Source: Eledone cirrhosa (taxonomy: Eukaryota). From it: 64,000 nucleotides of DNA. The DNA lies in contig OZ024742.1 in assembly GCA_964016885.1 (NCBI GenBank), positions 19,344,001-19,408,000 of the forward strand. The letters are read 5' to 3'. The translations under genes were made by a program, and so were the position numbers. Under the pieces are notes generated by a model, which saw only the letters and a list, made by a program, of their open reading frames with translations, had not been told where the DNA came from and searched no databases. This document shows positions 50,501 through 64,000 of this stretch, in pieces; within the stretch, counting starts at the first letter, position 1; every line of letters begins with the position of its first letter.

Positions 50501-51028
50501 ATCGACCAAGTTAAAACGGTCGAGTAACCCCTTGAGGCTGTTACACCCCCCTCTATTAGGACATGCTCCTGCATAGTCCCAACGTGCATCCAGGATGTCA
50601 TTCCAATCCCCCGCTAGAAGCAGGGAACGCGACGTTCCCAGAAAAGTCTCCAAACGCTGGAAGAAGTCGGGCCGTTCAGCTCCGAAAGGGGAGTAGATGG
50701 CGACCAGTCTCAAGGCCGCACTTTCACTACTGCCAACGTCTAGCACCAACAAACGACCCTCCGGGTCCGAGTGCACAACCTGTACGGCAAGACCCAGGTG
50801 TTTTTGCAGCAGTACGACAACCCCACCCCCACCTCCAGGTTGACAGAGAGATGCATGCACCTCAAAGTCATCGAAGGTGGGGGCCAGCTGCCGCACGACG
50901 CTGATTCGAGTCTCACAGATAACCATTACATTTATACTACATGACCTGAGGTCATTTAGAAGCTTTGCTTGCTTCCAAGTTGAGCCCAGGCCACGTGCAT
51001 TCAAACATCCTACTCTTAACACATCCAT
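47591..51028 (-). CDS. ORF2: AP endonuclease + reverse transcriptase + CCHC knuckle; one in-frame TAG at 48011-48013
   Basis: CLNARGL, ICETR, GDWN, YLDRF, TDHK (APE); SPGLDG, FRPITLLN, DQSKAFDRV, IRQGCPLS, AYADD (RT). After the stop the same frame reads ICPRCVRHEETVAHALVQC. Confidence 0.92.
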
Positions 51029-51061
51029 GTGGGCGGCAGAGCCAAAGGAGAGTGTAGAGAC

Positions 51062-52964
51062 CTACCTTTCCGCTTCCCGGGGTTCGGGTTGCACGACTTC
51101 CATGGGGTCGGGGGTGTTGGGTGAAGGGGTGTCTTGTGGTGGTGTGGGGTCGTCAGTGTGTGGTGGGGTTGGGGTGTTTGGAGTTGTGTTGGGGAGGGGA
51201 AGGGGAGGGGGACAGCTTTTTAGTAGGACGCGGTTTATGGGTTTGACAGAGGGTGGTCCTACGTCCTCCTTAAAATCCTTTTTTAGTTTTTGGTAGAGGT
51301 TCATTGGGATCTTTATTAGTTTTAAATGTGGGTAGTTTTCTGACGAAACAAAGTTTACACCTTCGGTTTGTACCGAAGGATTATTGTATATGAGCTCATT
51401 TAATTTATTATTGTTTCTGTTGATGTAAGTATAGTGTAATGTCTTTTTTTCCGATGGTGTGAGTGTTTCGAAGAGAGGAGGGGCAGGTTTGGTTTTGTTT
51501 GTTGCTGGAGGGGTGTTTTCTGTTTTGTTGGATTGTGTTGAGATTTGGGTGGGGGTTGTTTGTCCTTGTGTGTTTTGCACATGTTTTCTTTTTTTTCCTT
51601 TTAATCTGTCTGAAGGACTCCGTTTCTTCCTCCGAATTCGTTGGGTTATCTTCAGTGTTGGAGGGAAGAGGTATGTTTGCTGGTAATGTTTCCGTGTTGG
51701 TTTTCTTTGTGGGGGAGATGGATGTCACTATGTTAGACTGTGTTGTGTGTTGTGTCTGCGGTGGTTGTGTTGTTTTATTGAGTGAGAGGTTGGGTGGGCC
51801 TGTATTTTGTTTTGGGGTAATGTGTTGTGACTGTTTGTGTTGTGGTGGTGTTGTGGTTTTACTGAGGGACAGGTTGGGTGGGACTGAGTTTTGTTGTTTG
51901 TTTATCTGTTGTGGTGGTGGTGGTGGAGCTGGTGTTGGTAGCAGGGTTTTCTTTTTGTTGAGTTGGGGACAAGCGGCCTTCAGGTGCCCTCTGCCTGCAC
52001 AGATATGGCAGGACGGCCTTCTCCCCTCCACGCTAATGTTTATATACCCGTGGTCCTCTAATAGGATTCTGTCGGGTATTTGGGCGATGCGTTCAGGCTT
52101 CATTTGTACTACCAGCTCTATACCTGTTCCACTGAACGCATTGCCTGTGGTTTTCCCAATGGAAATCACGTTGTCATTCACTGGATCGATGAAGCCAGCT
52201 ATGAGCCAGCAGTAGTCCACATCTGGCATCATTGCATCCAGCCATATGCGTTGAGTTCTTTTCCCCATATAAGATGGATAAAAGGTGAAATTTTTCGAAC
52301 GAATCAGTGACAAAGCACATTTTTTTGCCGCCGATTCGTTCTTCATGATAATTGCTAGGCTTCCATACAGTCTGTCTTTTCTTATGAAAGTGGTTTCATT
52401 AAGTACTTCTGTGAGTACTGTTTTGATATCTGCTTGAGAAGGCTGTTCAGGTTTTTTTGTACTGTTGTTGATGGTCCGAAACTTGACCGTTCGGCTTTCA
52501 ATGTCTTTCGTGAATTCTTGAGGCATTTTTACGGATAAAATACCATTCTCTCCTTCACTTATGTATTGTTTGGCGTCCGTGATCCTTCGTACCACATCTG
52601 AAATGTTTTCCGCTATATAAGTCAAAGATTTCTTTGTTTTCTGTGCAAATGAAATCTTGTCGTCTGCTTTGTTTTCTGATATGGTGTTATTTTCAACTGT
52701 TATTTTTGTGTTTGTTGTGTCTTTGTTTGTGTTATTAGTATTGTCATGCAATTTTTCAAATTTTTTTTTTTCGTTGTTGGAATCCAAGTCCAGATTTGTG
52801 TTTTCGTCATTTAATTTTTTCTCCGCAGATTCGTCTGTTTTTATTTTAATTTTTCCTTCCTTCTCTATGACGTTAGTTGGGAAGGAATGGAGGACTAAAT
52901 CGTGCGAGCTTACAACTCTTACCGCTGTCCCCCCACCACTATTTTCGTTCGCTGCGTTTAACAT
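51062..52964 (-). CDS. ORF1 (zinc knuckle CHICAGRGHLKAAC, Pro/Thr-rich tail), apparently frameshifted near the A-run at about 51590
   Basis: Overlapping ORFs 51408..52964 and 51062..51580. The second ends 33 bp before the ORF2 ATG. Confidence 0.8.
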
Positions 52965-53195
52965 TTGTTAGACGATTGAAATTTTTTACACAAAATTTTT
53001 TAAAACAGGTTTTTCACCTCTAGGAGGGGTAAAGATGAGCTGACCCACCGCCTGACAGTTCAGACGGAGGGTCAAGCTACACAATTGTATCAAAATTAAG
53101 TTTGAACTCACAAAATTTCCTCAATAAATTTGAACAAAACTTCTGTGCGAAGTGAATGACATCCACACTGTAGAACAGACGACAGCTAGATTAAT

Positions 53196-53261
<66 letters not shown>

Positions 53262-53414
53262 CTACAAAACCAAATTGTAAAATTATAATATTATAAAGTT
53301 AAATTAAATTGTTTAGCACTACAAGTGAAGTCATTCTTTCCCTTTTTTTAAATATACCTAACTGTACCAAGGAATTCACACATGTTCCTATATATATATC
53401 ATATATATATATAT

Positions 53415-53469
<55 letters not shown>

Positions 53470-53473
<4 letters not shown>

Positions 53474-53567
53474 GAGTGAGAGTCGGGGCCGATGGCTCTA
53501 CTATCCCAAGTATCGAGTAATCTGCTGAATCATAGTCTTACTAGTTTAAAGCTGGTAAAATCCTCGT
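53470..53567 (+). mobile_element. Solo PLE tail related to family F, between two (TA)n tracts
   Basis: gtcggggc..ctctactatcccaagtatcgagta compared with gtcggggtc..ctctactaccctaagtattgagta at 33727-33779. Confidence 0.6.
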
Positions 53568-53572
53568 ATATA

Positions 53573-53646
<74 letters not shown>

Positions 53647-53891
53647 CCCCTAACCTAATAGTTCTTTGTCTACAATATTTCTAATGATAAAGGTTCTCTT
53701 TGTTTCCGTTGCTTATTTGTATTAAGTAGCCTTATAAAAACATGAATTAATGCTCAAGCCCTAGAAAGTATATATAACAGCTCATAACTAAATAATGTTT
53801 CTGGTAAGGGAATTCTTATCTCATTAAATATTTAACCCCGTGTTTTATTAATTTCATTGAATTAGCTAATCTAACTGGAAACAGTTACTAT

Positions 53892-54110
53892 CACCACTAC
53901 CACCACCCACCACCCACCATCTTCATCATCACTACCACCATCACCATCACCACCACCACCACCACCACCACCACAACAACCACCAACACCACAACAACTA
54001 TCACCACCACTAGCTCCATCACCATCCCCACGTCCCTCATCACCAACACTATCACCACCATCACCAACACCAACACCATCACTACCAACGACACCACCCC
54101 CTTTAACAAC
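53892..54110. repeat. (CAC/CAT/CAA)n triplet repeat
   Basis: Visible. Confidence 0.9.
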
Positions 54111-54702
54111 ACCTGCAGTTTCCAGTATTCCACGTATAATAATTCTTTTTCCTATGACTAGTCAAAACGAATCTAATTTTAATTGCCACTTTTTTTTTTC
54201 ACGTTAAATGTTTTTGTTGATAAAATGTAGACAAGATAGATCTGTCATTCTGGAGAGAACTGAGTGAGATAATCAGCAATGGGTGTAAGAAGTAGGAGCA
54301 TAGATAAAAGACCGAGTAGATTAGGTATCTGATTATTGAGTTATGTTTCATGGGTTTATATCTCACTTCAGCCGTGTCAGTGTTTCCTAGCTGGACATGT
54401 AACATCGCTGATTCAGATTACCTAGCTGGAAAATATTTACCTACATTAGGCAAGTCCCTCTCTCCACGGAACCATTTGTTCCTTGTTCCTAGTCTGTCTG
54501 TGTACAATGGTATATAGAACTATATGGAACAGCGAGTTGGTGGAGCCTCTAGAACGTCGGATAGAATACTTTGTGGTACTCTCTGAGTATTAAGTTAAGG
54601 TTCACGTGCTCAGTGCCTTACCTTGCATGTTAATTTCATGTGCAAGCTGTTCCATTGAGTGAATCAACTAGAACACGCGTCACTGGAGTCGGCAGAGGGC
54701 CA

Positions 54703-54740
<38 letters not shown>

Positions 54741-56219
54741 TCATATATAAACTGAATGGCGAGTTTGTGCACAGACATGGTTTTCTTCAATGGCAGATTA
54801 AAGTAATACTATAGTGTCTCACTAGTTATCAGACGGTATATCATAGAGATGTATCTCAGTTAAAATAGTATGGATTTCACATAGATGTGTGCAATGTTAC
54901 AGCATTTCTAGTTACTGCTAGATATGTACACAGATAAGATTCGACCTCACCTCGTTGACGTTCGAAACCTGACACTCAGTAAATGATCTACTAAAGAAAC
55001 GAAAGTGCCTCACCAGTAAATAAATCTACTGACATATTTCACTGACACATCAGCTCTCGTAGCAATTTTACTGTTGATTTTCTACAACTGAGAAATTATT
55101 TACTGTTTGTTAGATTAACTAAGTCTTTGAAATGGTAACTAAAACCATTTAAGTTATATCAGTGGTTTGATAATGTAATCTAACCTATTTCTTCCTCATT
55201 CACAGAAACAAACTAACTCGAATTTTAGGAATTACTAAGCTTATGAAGTTGCATAAATTGTTTCAAAACAGTGAGTTACTTGTCACAGAAAAATATATAT
55301 CGTCAATTGACATTGATCAGACTGCGACCCTATCTATACTTTCTATGCATGCTTCGGGTTTACCGCTTCGGTAATTTTAGTACATATGTAAAATAATAAC
55401 AGTTAAAGAATCTAGAGTAATTTTATCACTTACTGCCATCAAACAACTGGGATTAAGATATTTCATCTTTTACACAGCCAATAAAATGAAGAAATAACTA
55501 TTAAAGCGTCCTTTGATGTTTAAACGAACGTAAAATACTTTTGTTTCAGAAACTCCTACATAAAATCAGTTTAAATCTACTTAAAAACTAACAAATAAAT
55601 GCAAGAATGTTATTGCTTTTGCCAACGGATTTCCGGGTAACTTTTATAGTCCTAAGTTGAATGTCTTCCAGTTAAGGACCCGAGCTAAATTGAGAAGTTA
55701 ATAGCTACACCTAATACCTTGTAATGTATGTCAGTATTCCAACAATAATTTGTAGTCGGGGAAAATCGGCTTGAAAAGAATACTAATAAATTTCCAGATC
55801 TTTTTCTACTAAAAGTTTCTATTAACAATTTTACCAATGTGAACCACACAACAATAATGTCAAAGCATGGTTCCAGGTTCAATGCTACTGTGTGGAACCT
55901 TGATCAAGTTTCTTCGACAGCAACCTAGGTTTGAAATATACATTTTGAGTGGGATTTCAACAACGGGAACTGTATATCACCATGTATCACCATATATCAC
56001 CATGGCCTGTGTGCTTTTTTTATTCCCGTGGTTCCATGTCATAACTGTCATATCCAATTCGTCTTCTGTCGATCTCTGTCAGGTGGTCTTTGGCGCCTTG
56101 TCTTTCTATTCTTCTCTGTGAACTCGAATTCAAAGCTTGACCTGATAAAAATCCACCTGTCCCTTTTTTAACGAAAGCCTACACACTTCCACATGTGTCT
56201 GAACTTCTCTCTCTCTCTC

Positions 56220-56284
<65 letters not shown>

Positions 56285-56902
56285 CCATGTAAAACTCGTG
56301 TCGTTTGAAGGCCAAAAAAGCGTAACCAATTATGAATCGAAAAGCATAACTTCTATATATAGATATAAATAAAGTACCAGGCGTCGATGTGATATCGACT
56401 AAAACTACAAATGTGATGCCCTACTATATATATGTCTGCTATCGATATAACACCAAATTAGCAGGTTGTCCCGGATCGAATTTTCTATTTCTATCTTTTA
56501 TTTTTTGTTCTATCTTCTATCTTCTATTCTATATTTGGGTTCAAGTTAATCCTGTTACTTAATTCTGCAAATAACACCTGATGAAATCGTTTAGTTTTGC
56601 ATCATAATCGGATGATAGAGCGAGACCATCGAAATATGTTTAATGGTTTTGCGGAATTAATGCTTTTGCGGAATTGTGGTTTTAATTCGTGTGTGTGTGT
56701 GTATATATATTCATAGAAATTATAAGAGTCCATGTCGCAGACAATACCTGTAAACACAGTTGAGACTGTGAATAATCACTTAAAAAATTTAGTACAATAC
56801 CATTGTAGACGGGAAAATGGCCAGCAGACACTACAAAGAATCGAAATCTGTACCTCTGAAATTCCAGCTGAGTGCTTTTAAGAATTGAGTTAAACACACT
56901 CA

Positions 56903-56960
<58 letters not shown>

Positions 56961-56963
56961 CTA

Positions 56964-57029
<66 letters not shown>

Positions 57030-57329
57030 AAAGCATTTTCAGCACTCGGTGCGATAATTTGATTCCAAGGTGAAGCAATGTCGACCCAGGGGAGGATTAC
57101 TCGTTTCTTCTATAACATAGAAACGGGAGATGACTGCTACCTGGTATCAAGAAACATCGCTTTATATATATATATATATATATAAAAGAATGAATGGTTG
57201 TGCTTGAGTGCTTTTAAGTGTGTTTATGTAACTAAAGCTATAAAAATATCCGTCAAGGTGTGTATAAAATATTATACATTGGTGCTTACATAAGATTCCA
57301 TTTCTTTAAATACGTACAGTTCACATAAA

Positions 57330-57830
57330 CAGTCGTTAGAACATCAGGTAAAATGCCTTGCAGTAGTTGTTCCAGATGTCTGCGTTACCATTTGAAATCC
57401 CTCCATTATATTATCTACGTACAGCTTACATAGACACATACACATAGTCGTTAGAACATCAGGTAAACTGCCTTGCAGTAGTTGTTTCAGTTGTCTGCCT
57501 TCCGATTTCAAATCCTACCGAGGACAACTTTACCTTTCATCCTTTCAGGATCGACAAGTAAAGTACCAGTCCAGGACGGTGAAGTGTCGAATGAAGTGTC
57601 TTGCATTATTTGTGCCGGATTGGCAGTATCGGTAGAAGGTCGTACGCCATGCTTTGCAACATAGAGTTACGGCCCTTTATGATCTGAGTTCAAATCCCGC
57701 CGAGGTTAACTTTACCTTTCATCCTTACGAGGTCGATAAAATAAAGTACCAGTCACGCACTGTGGTCGATTTAATCGACTTCCCCTCTCCAAAATTGCTG
57801 GCCTTGTGCCTATATAAGAAACCATTATTT
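57330..57830 (+). mobile_element. SINE cluster: duplicated degenerate head, then a full copy at 57617-57830
   Basis: agtcgttagaacatcaggtaaa x2, followed by a canonical copy. Confidence 0.8.
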
Positions 57831-58601
57831 GTGCTGGATCTTTGCATCAAATCTCGTTCTACCCTACTAGCATGGTAGACCTAATCCTTATTTTCGTTTA
57901 ATGCCCAACACAAAACTTTAGGGTGCCTTTAGCGGAGCTCGCCCCGTTACGAGCAATCCAGCAAGGTTTCTGGTTTGAGGATACCCAGAGCCAGATTTAT
58001 CGGAGATAGTGAGAGCGAATACTCTGAGCACCTCCTCATCAAACAGAGTACCTCCTTCTATGAACAGGACCCCTTCTTCTCTCTCTTCCTTATTGTGTGC
58101 GCGTGTATATATATATGTGTGTGTGTGTAATATGAGGGGCCCACAAAATCTGACCTGCCCCAGGTCCCCCAAAGGCTAAATCTGGTCCTGAGGATACCTT
58201 GTTCTTTCCATCCTACCAGCATCGGAGTCCATTACAAAGGCCATAAACACTGCCTTCTCTCTGTTGTGGTTTCATATTTAATTTTATTTCACTGAAGAAT
58301 TGTATTTTGTGTGATGAGTTTTGGGCTAGTTTGATTTATTGTATTTAGTTGTCGGATAGGGTTATATAAGGAAACCTTATATATATTGTGCAATGTCCCT
58401 GATACCATGTGAACCAAGATACCTGTTGAAAGGTCTATTCCATAGACCTTTCACGGTTTCCAAAACTTTTTCCAACGCGGAACCCTTTTTGGTTCAGAAA
58501 CTTCGGGGACCACTGGTCTATGGTATGGAATGTTCTTTTTAATCTGATTTAAATTCTATCAGTGTAATTATATTCAGTTGTTACGTAGGGTTGGATAAGG
58601 A

Positions 58602-58689
<88 letters not shown>

Positions 58690-59220
58690 TTATATACATT
58701 TATATACAGTATATAGGAGGAGATGAACAAAGAGTAGAGATGAAAAGGTTCTACATGACGTATATACCTATACATAAGTAGTCTCACATTTTTAATATGA
58801 TGAGTAAACCAAATATCTTGGCAATATCAAGAAAGAAACTCCCTCTGGGTGTTTTCAGATCGTGAGAAGTAAAGTAACGACTGGAGTTATCTCATTTGCT
58901 TACTTTTTGCGCTCTGAACTTCCCCAAGGGAGTTTCGATCTTCAAATTACGAGGATAGTCTCAGAATATGAGATTTTGCGCGCGCGAGCGTGTGTGTGTA
59001 CAAGCACACGTGCACACACACATACACACACATATAATCACTGACTAAAATCGAATTAACTCCATATTCACATGTTAAAATATATATGAACAAATTATCA
59101 CACACTCTCTCTCTCTGTAATTTATGCGATGACATTTATGTTTCGCCATCTCAAGAAAATGAAGTGTCTCAGAATACATAATGCACACACACACACATAT
59201 ATATATACATAGATATATAA

Positions 59221-59302
<82 letters not shown>

Positions 59303-59419
59303 GAAATTTCATTTCTCACTCTTAGTACGGCTGTTACTTAAATATAAGTATGTATACATGTATACATATATGTATACAGATGTACAGTAGTATGTAAATA
59401 TATATACATACTTGCACAC

Positions 59420-59520
<101 letters not shown>

Positions 59521-59892
59521 GATTCAGCGAGAATCGCATTTCGGCGGGCAGGAAAGGCGAAGCGAAACGCAAAAATCAGAAATGATACTGGCAAAGTGCT
59601 CAATAGTTAAAAACCAGAGCTAAACAATGTGTTAAGAAGCCATACAAAACTGAAAAGGTGGTCAAGAAGGCATTAACCACCCAAGCCAAAAACCAAATCA
59701 AGCTAAACAGGTCAAAACAAAATAAATGATAAAAAATAAATGATAACCATCTATATATATAAATATATACGGGTGTGTATGATTGTGTATAGAAGATTAT
59801 ATTAATAAAAGGAATTCCAACTTTGTCTGATTTACTCGTTTTATTTACAATCCTTTAAAATTATAATGATATTATAATGAAAAAGTATGGTA

Positions 59893-60125
<233 letters not shown>

Positions 60126-60300
60126 ATATATACATTTGTGTGTATGTGTATGTATATATATATGTGTGTGTGTTTGTATATATATATATGTATATATATG
60201 TGTATATATATATGTATATATATATATATGTATATATATATGTGTGTATAGATGTGTGTACGTATACGTGTGTGTGTGTGTGTATATATATATATATGTG

Positions 60301-60332
<32 letters not shown>

Positions 60333-60459
60333 TGTGTATATATATATGTATATATATATGTGTATTTGTGTATGTGTATGTGTATGTATGTAATTATATT
60401 TATATATGTATGTGTGTGCGTGTATGTGTGTGTGTGTATATATAGGAACGATCGACTTT

Positions 60460-60646
60460 CGTCAAATCGGACCGAGGGAACAATGTTTCCGTTGGTCTTT
60501 CCAATTGCTAGTACTATCTATCGGTCGCAACTCCAGGTAGAAGGAGCAACGTGAAATAAAGTGTCTTGCTCAAGGACATAACGCATCGCCTGGTCCAGGA
60601 ATCGAACTCACAACCTTACGATTGCGAATCCAATTCTCTAACCACT
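60460..60646 (-). mobile_element. CORE-like tRNA SINE
   Basis: Minus: agtggttagagaattggattcgcaatcgtaaggttgtgagttcgattcc..gttatgtccttgagcaagacacttt. Confidence 0.82.
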
Positions 60647-60804
60647 CATATATATATATATATAGGTTTTAATATAGATGAGATTCTACAGGACTAGAAC
60701 TGTTTCATTCTTTAGAAATCATCAGGAATATAACCATAGTGGCCGTATTTCAGGTTGAGGAGGGGTGGGGAGGAGGTATAGGGGCCAATAGGGGGAGGTC
60801 GTTT

Positions 60805-61310
60805 TTAGCCATCAGGCTTTAACACTGGCTTAAAGTGTTTGAAAGTTGCAAAGTTCTTGTGCATGCAGTTCGGGCAGTGTTCAGAGAGTTTGTTCAGTAG
60901 CGGGCCCTTGGCGAATAAAATTTCGTAGCTCTCTGAAATACAAAGGTCGCAGCCCTTGTGTCCTCCGTTGTAAGAGCGCGCTTTCTGGAGTATTTTCCAT
61001 TTAAGCGTGAAGGGGGTGGAGTTCTTTTTGAGGTCCCAAACGTAGGAGGCGAGTGTTGTCTGATTTGATTTATCCGGTCTTCTGAAGGAGTGGGTATGGG
61101 CATACCAACGGGTCTTAAAGTTGTTGGAGGTCATGCCGATGTAAGTTTTTTTGCAATCCTCGGTGCCTGAGATGACATCGCATTTGTATACGATATCATT
61201 TGTGAGGCATTTGTTTTCAAGTGGGCATGCTTCCTTATTTAGGCAATTACATAGAGCCCCAGTCCGGGGATTGGGTTCGGAGGTGGTTGGCTTATTTAAT
61301 TTTTTAGAAT
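60805..61310 (-). CDS. GIY-YIG endonuclease C-terminal fragment of a Naiad-type PLE
   Basis: CNCLNKEACPLENKC (CxCx5Cx5C) LTNDIVYKC..TYIGMT..FKTRW..H..SF..CDLC..E..LLNK.SE..CMH. The frame extends upstream of the track ORF. Confidence 0.85.
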
Positions 61311-61343
61311 TCTAAAAATTTTTTTAGAATTTTTTTAGAATAT

Positions 61344-61390
61344 ATTCCTGATGATTTCTAAAGAATGAAACAGTTCTAGTCCTGTAGAAT
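61344..61390 (+). ncRNA. Hammerhead ribozyme
   Basis: attc CTGATGA tttc-taaa-gaat GAAAC ag-ttctagtc-ct GTA gaat. Mirror copy at 60683-60729 on minus. Confidence 0.8.
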
Positions 61391-61477
61391 CTCATCTATA
61401 TTAAAACTTTTATACTCTGCTATGTATTGAGTACCTTACTTACTGTGGTTACCTCCGATTCAACCCGGAATAACGTA

Positions 61478-61510
<33 letters not shown>

Positions 61511-61595
61511 ATGTATGTGTGTGTATGTGTGTGTGTGTATGTATGTGTATATGTATGTGTGTGTGTGTGTATATATATGTATATATATGTATATA

Positions 61596-61646
<51 letters not shown>

Positions 61647-61898
61647 GTATATATATGTGTGTATATATATGTATATATGTATTTGTATGTGTATGTGTAT
61701 GTATGTGTGTGTGTATATATATATATATATATAAATATATGTATGTATGGTGTATGTGTGTGTATATATATATGTTCTGTTTTGTTCCCGTTCAATTTTT
61801 CCTTATATTTGTGTATATGTGTGTGTGTGTGTGTGTATATATATGTATATATGTGTGTGTATGCGTGTGTGTGTATATATATATGTATATTTTTTTTA

Positions 61899-61942
<44 letters not shown>

Positions 61943-61981
61943 ATATATATACACATGTATATATGTGTGTATGTGTGTATA

Positions 61982-62049
<68 letters not shown>

Positions 62050-62590
62050 TATTTATATGTGTGTGTGTGTTTTTATGTGTGTATATGTGTATGTGTGTTT
62101 ATGGTTGCGCGCGAGTGTGTGAGTGAGTGTGTTTTGTGAATGTGTCTGTTGATTTTTGGCATATAGTTGAATAGTTTATGAGAAATTTGAAGATAATTGT
62201 AAGATATGCACTCAATATTCTGAATTTGTCTACAGAATTCTCTAAACCTTTGTCACTTAGTAGAATCTTAATGAATTTAGCTTTTAAAGAATCTCCCTTT
62301 CCTTTAAATCTATCTACCATGACTGACCCCCCACTGATCTTATAGACACCTGTTAGCTTAAGAGAAACTTAATAACAAGGAATGGCATGCCATCCTGAAC
62401 CTGTTTATAGAATTCTGTCTGCCTTTGTTACTCTAAAAACAAAAATAAATAAAAATAAACTATAGCTTTGTAGAATTAGCTTTTAATGAATTCCCTTTTC
62501 TATCAACCAATGACCTACACCCATCCCACTCCCCACCCTGTCCTACCACTTGTAGAGGCCTATAAATACCATACTTATTTTTTGATACCC

Positions 62591-62641
62591 AGATTCCTGA
62601 TGATTTCTAAAGAATGAAACAGTTCTCGTCCTGTAGAATCT
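62591..62641 (+). ncRNA. Hammerhead ribozyme at a PLE 3' end abutting (TA)n
   Basis: agattc CTGATGA tttctaaagaat GAAAC ag..ct GTA gaatct. 6-bp stem I. Confidence 0.8.
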
Positions 62642-62653
62642 CATCTATATTAA

Positions 62654-62713
<60 letters not shown>

Positions 62714-63595
62714 TACTCTATTTCTCATTATTTAGTAATTAGTGTGTGTGTGTGTTGTGTGTGTAAGAGGAGGTGTCGTGTATTCCCCCACCCCCCTCCC
62801 TACTACTCCTCACAATACTGACATAGCGTAGGAGGCCATGTTACCACTACTGAAGCACGACCTAATGGTGTCAAGTATCGTCATGAGAACAACTACACTT
62901 TTTTTCACTTTCCAACAATTTCTGATATTTACTTATTATACACACTGGAAGCGAAGCTTTATTTGTGCATGTTATTTATTTATATATTTATATATATATT
63001 TATTTATTTTATTTGTTTATCTATTTATTTATTTATATGTATGTATATTCTGTTATCAATAGGTAAATATATAGTCGTTGGTGTAAAACAGGTCTTGGGC
63101 GAGAGGAAGGGTTTGGTTGCTTCTACATGCGTACAGGATTACATTCAAACAGGATTTAGAGAGTACGATAATGGTCTGATGTTAATTTAAATAGCTCAGT
63201 GAGACTAAGTAGGTTTAGAAATAGCGGGGGTGGAGACGACAGAAAGACTGGGAGGGATAAGGAGATGCCAGTGACTACTTGGTTTGCTTTTACATAATCA
63301 TTACAATTGTAATCCACCTTCTCATTGACACCTTCATGAACATTAACTGTGTAAATCAAGTTTAAATATGTTTCATTGCTATATCTTTAATGGGTCATTG
63401 AGTATGCTAGGAGTTGTTCAAATCTAATTATATCGTTATACGCTTCATTAATATTACACAACCCCTCTTATTTTACTATCCTAACATCACAAATTAAACA
63501 TAAAATAGTGTCACTTTTTATCTTCAATAATGATTTCTTTGTTTAGACACGAAGATGGAAAAGTGAGTAGATATGACACTTGAATGTTACTAGTA

Positions 63596-63830
63596 TTGGC
63601 AGAGGCGTGAGTGCGTCGGATAGAATGTTCTGAGTTCAAAACCCACGGAGGTCAACTTTGTATTTCTGAGATCGATTCTTCAGTCTCCCCCATCTCCTTC
63701 TCTCTCTCTCTCGCTCTGGAAGAAATCGGTTGTGTTCATTCATGATGGATTCTGCCAAATTTAAAATGCCCAAGAAACGCTGCATGTCATTACAGCCCCC
63801 ATACGACTCCTATGGGCGTTACAGATCCAT
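63596..63830 (+). mobile_element. Degenerate long-form SINE
   Basis: ttggcagag..ctgagttcaaa..gaggtcaactttg, then (CT)n and tggaagaaatc..cccaagaaacgc. Confidence 0.65.
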
Positions 63831-64000
63831 ACATATATATTACTGTTATTTGAGTTAATACAAAGGGAGATAAATAGCGAAATACTTGAGTTGAAGGAAT
63901 TTGAGACAGAGCATTGTTCCTAAATATAACTTTGTTACAGATTGTCCCAATACAACAGCTCAATGTTTACGTGCTGTATGCATGGACCCGTAACTCCTGG

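Larger units (their letters stand above)
47378..53190 (-). mobile_element. Near full-length L1/Tx1-clade LINE inserted in a (GATA)n microsatellite
   Basis: 5' UTR, ORF1, ORF2 and a 3' UTR ending aataaagaa. (GATA)n at 47355-47377 and about 53196-53261. Confidence 0.93.
60666..61476 (-). mobile_element. 5'-truncated Naiad-type PLE with inverted terminal repeat (fold-back J)
   Basis: Minus: GIY-YIG ORF end, UTR, hammerhead 60683-60729. Plus: inverted repeat 61341-61407 and tail to 61476. Confidence 0.9.

Noticed and set aside
60730-61310. Selenoprotein (SECIS) Naiad
   Set aside because: No in-frame TGA at the Cys positions in the visible fragment and no SECIS-like stem seen in the short UTR.
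61427-62126. YIYI/CVCV/THTH ORFs throughout the window
   Set aside because: Dinucleotide microsatellite translations.

Overview
AT-rich, microsatellite-laden eukaryotic DNA. The repeat content suggests an octopus or other cephalopod intron/intergenic region, which is an inference. There is no complete host gene, only one plausible signal-peptide exon. Most ORF-track entries are translations of (TA)n/(TG)n/(GA)n or minisatellites. Real coding content is retroelement-derived: three copies of a Penelope-like element (PLE; RT + GIY-YIG) carrying an in-frame Asn-rich insert, Naiad-type PLE remnants, one near-complete L1/Tx1 LINE inside a (GATA)n tract, and RTE, R4/Dong and CRE fragments. Also present are Helitrons, hAT and TA-flanked MITEs, dozens of tRNA-derived SINEs and several minisatellites. 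The most striking pattern is at least 10 fold-back (inverted-arm) elements from sequence-unrelated families, nearly all embedded in (TA)n. Most turn around in or beside a hammerhead-ribozyme core. In six families the short arm stops at an AT-rich patch just before a shared RCTC...GAGY hairpin in the unpaired tail. This suggests a common PLE RNA module (ribozyme + internal priming site + tail hairpin) driving snap-back insertion into microsatellites. Coordinates were counted by eye and may be off by a few bases.
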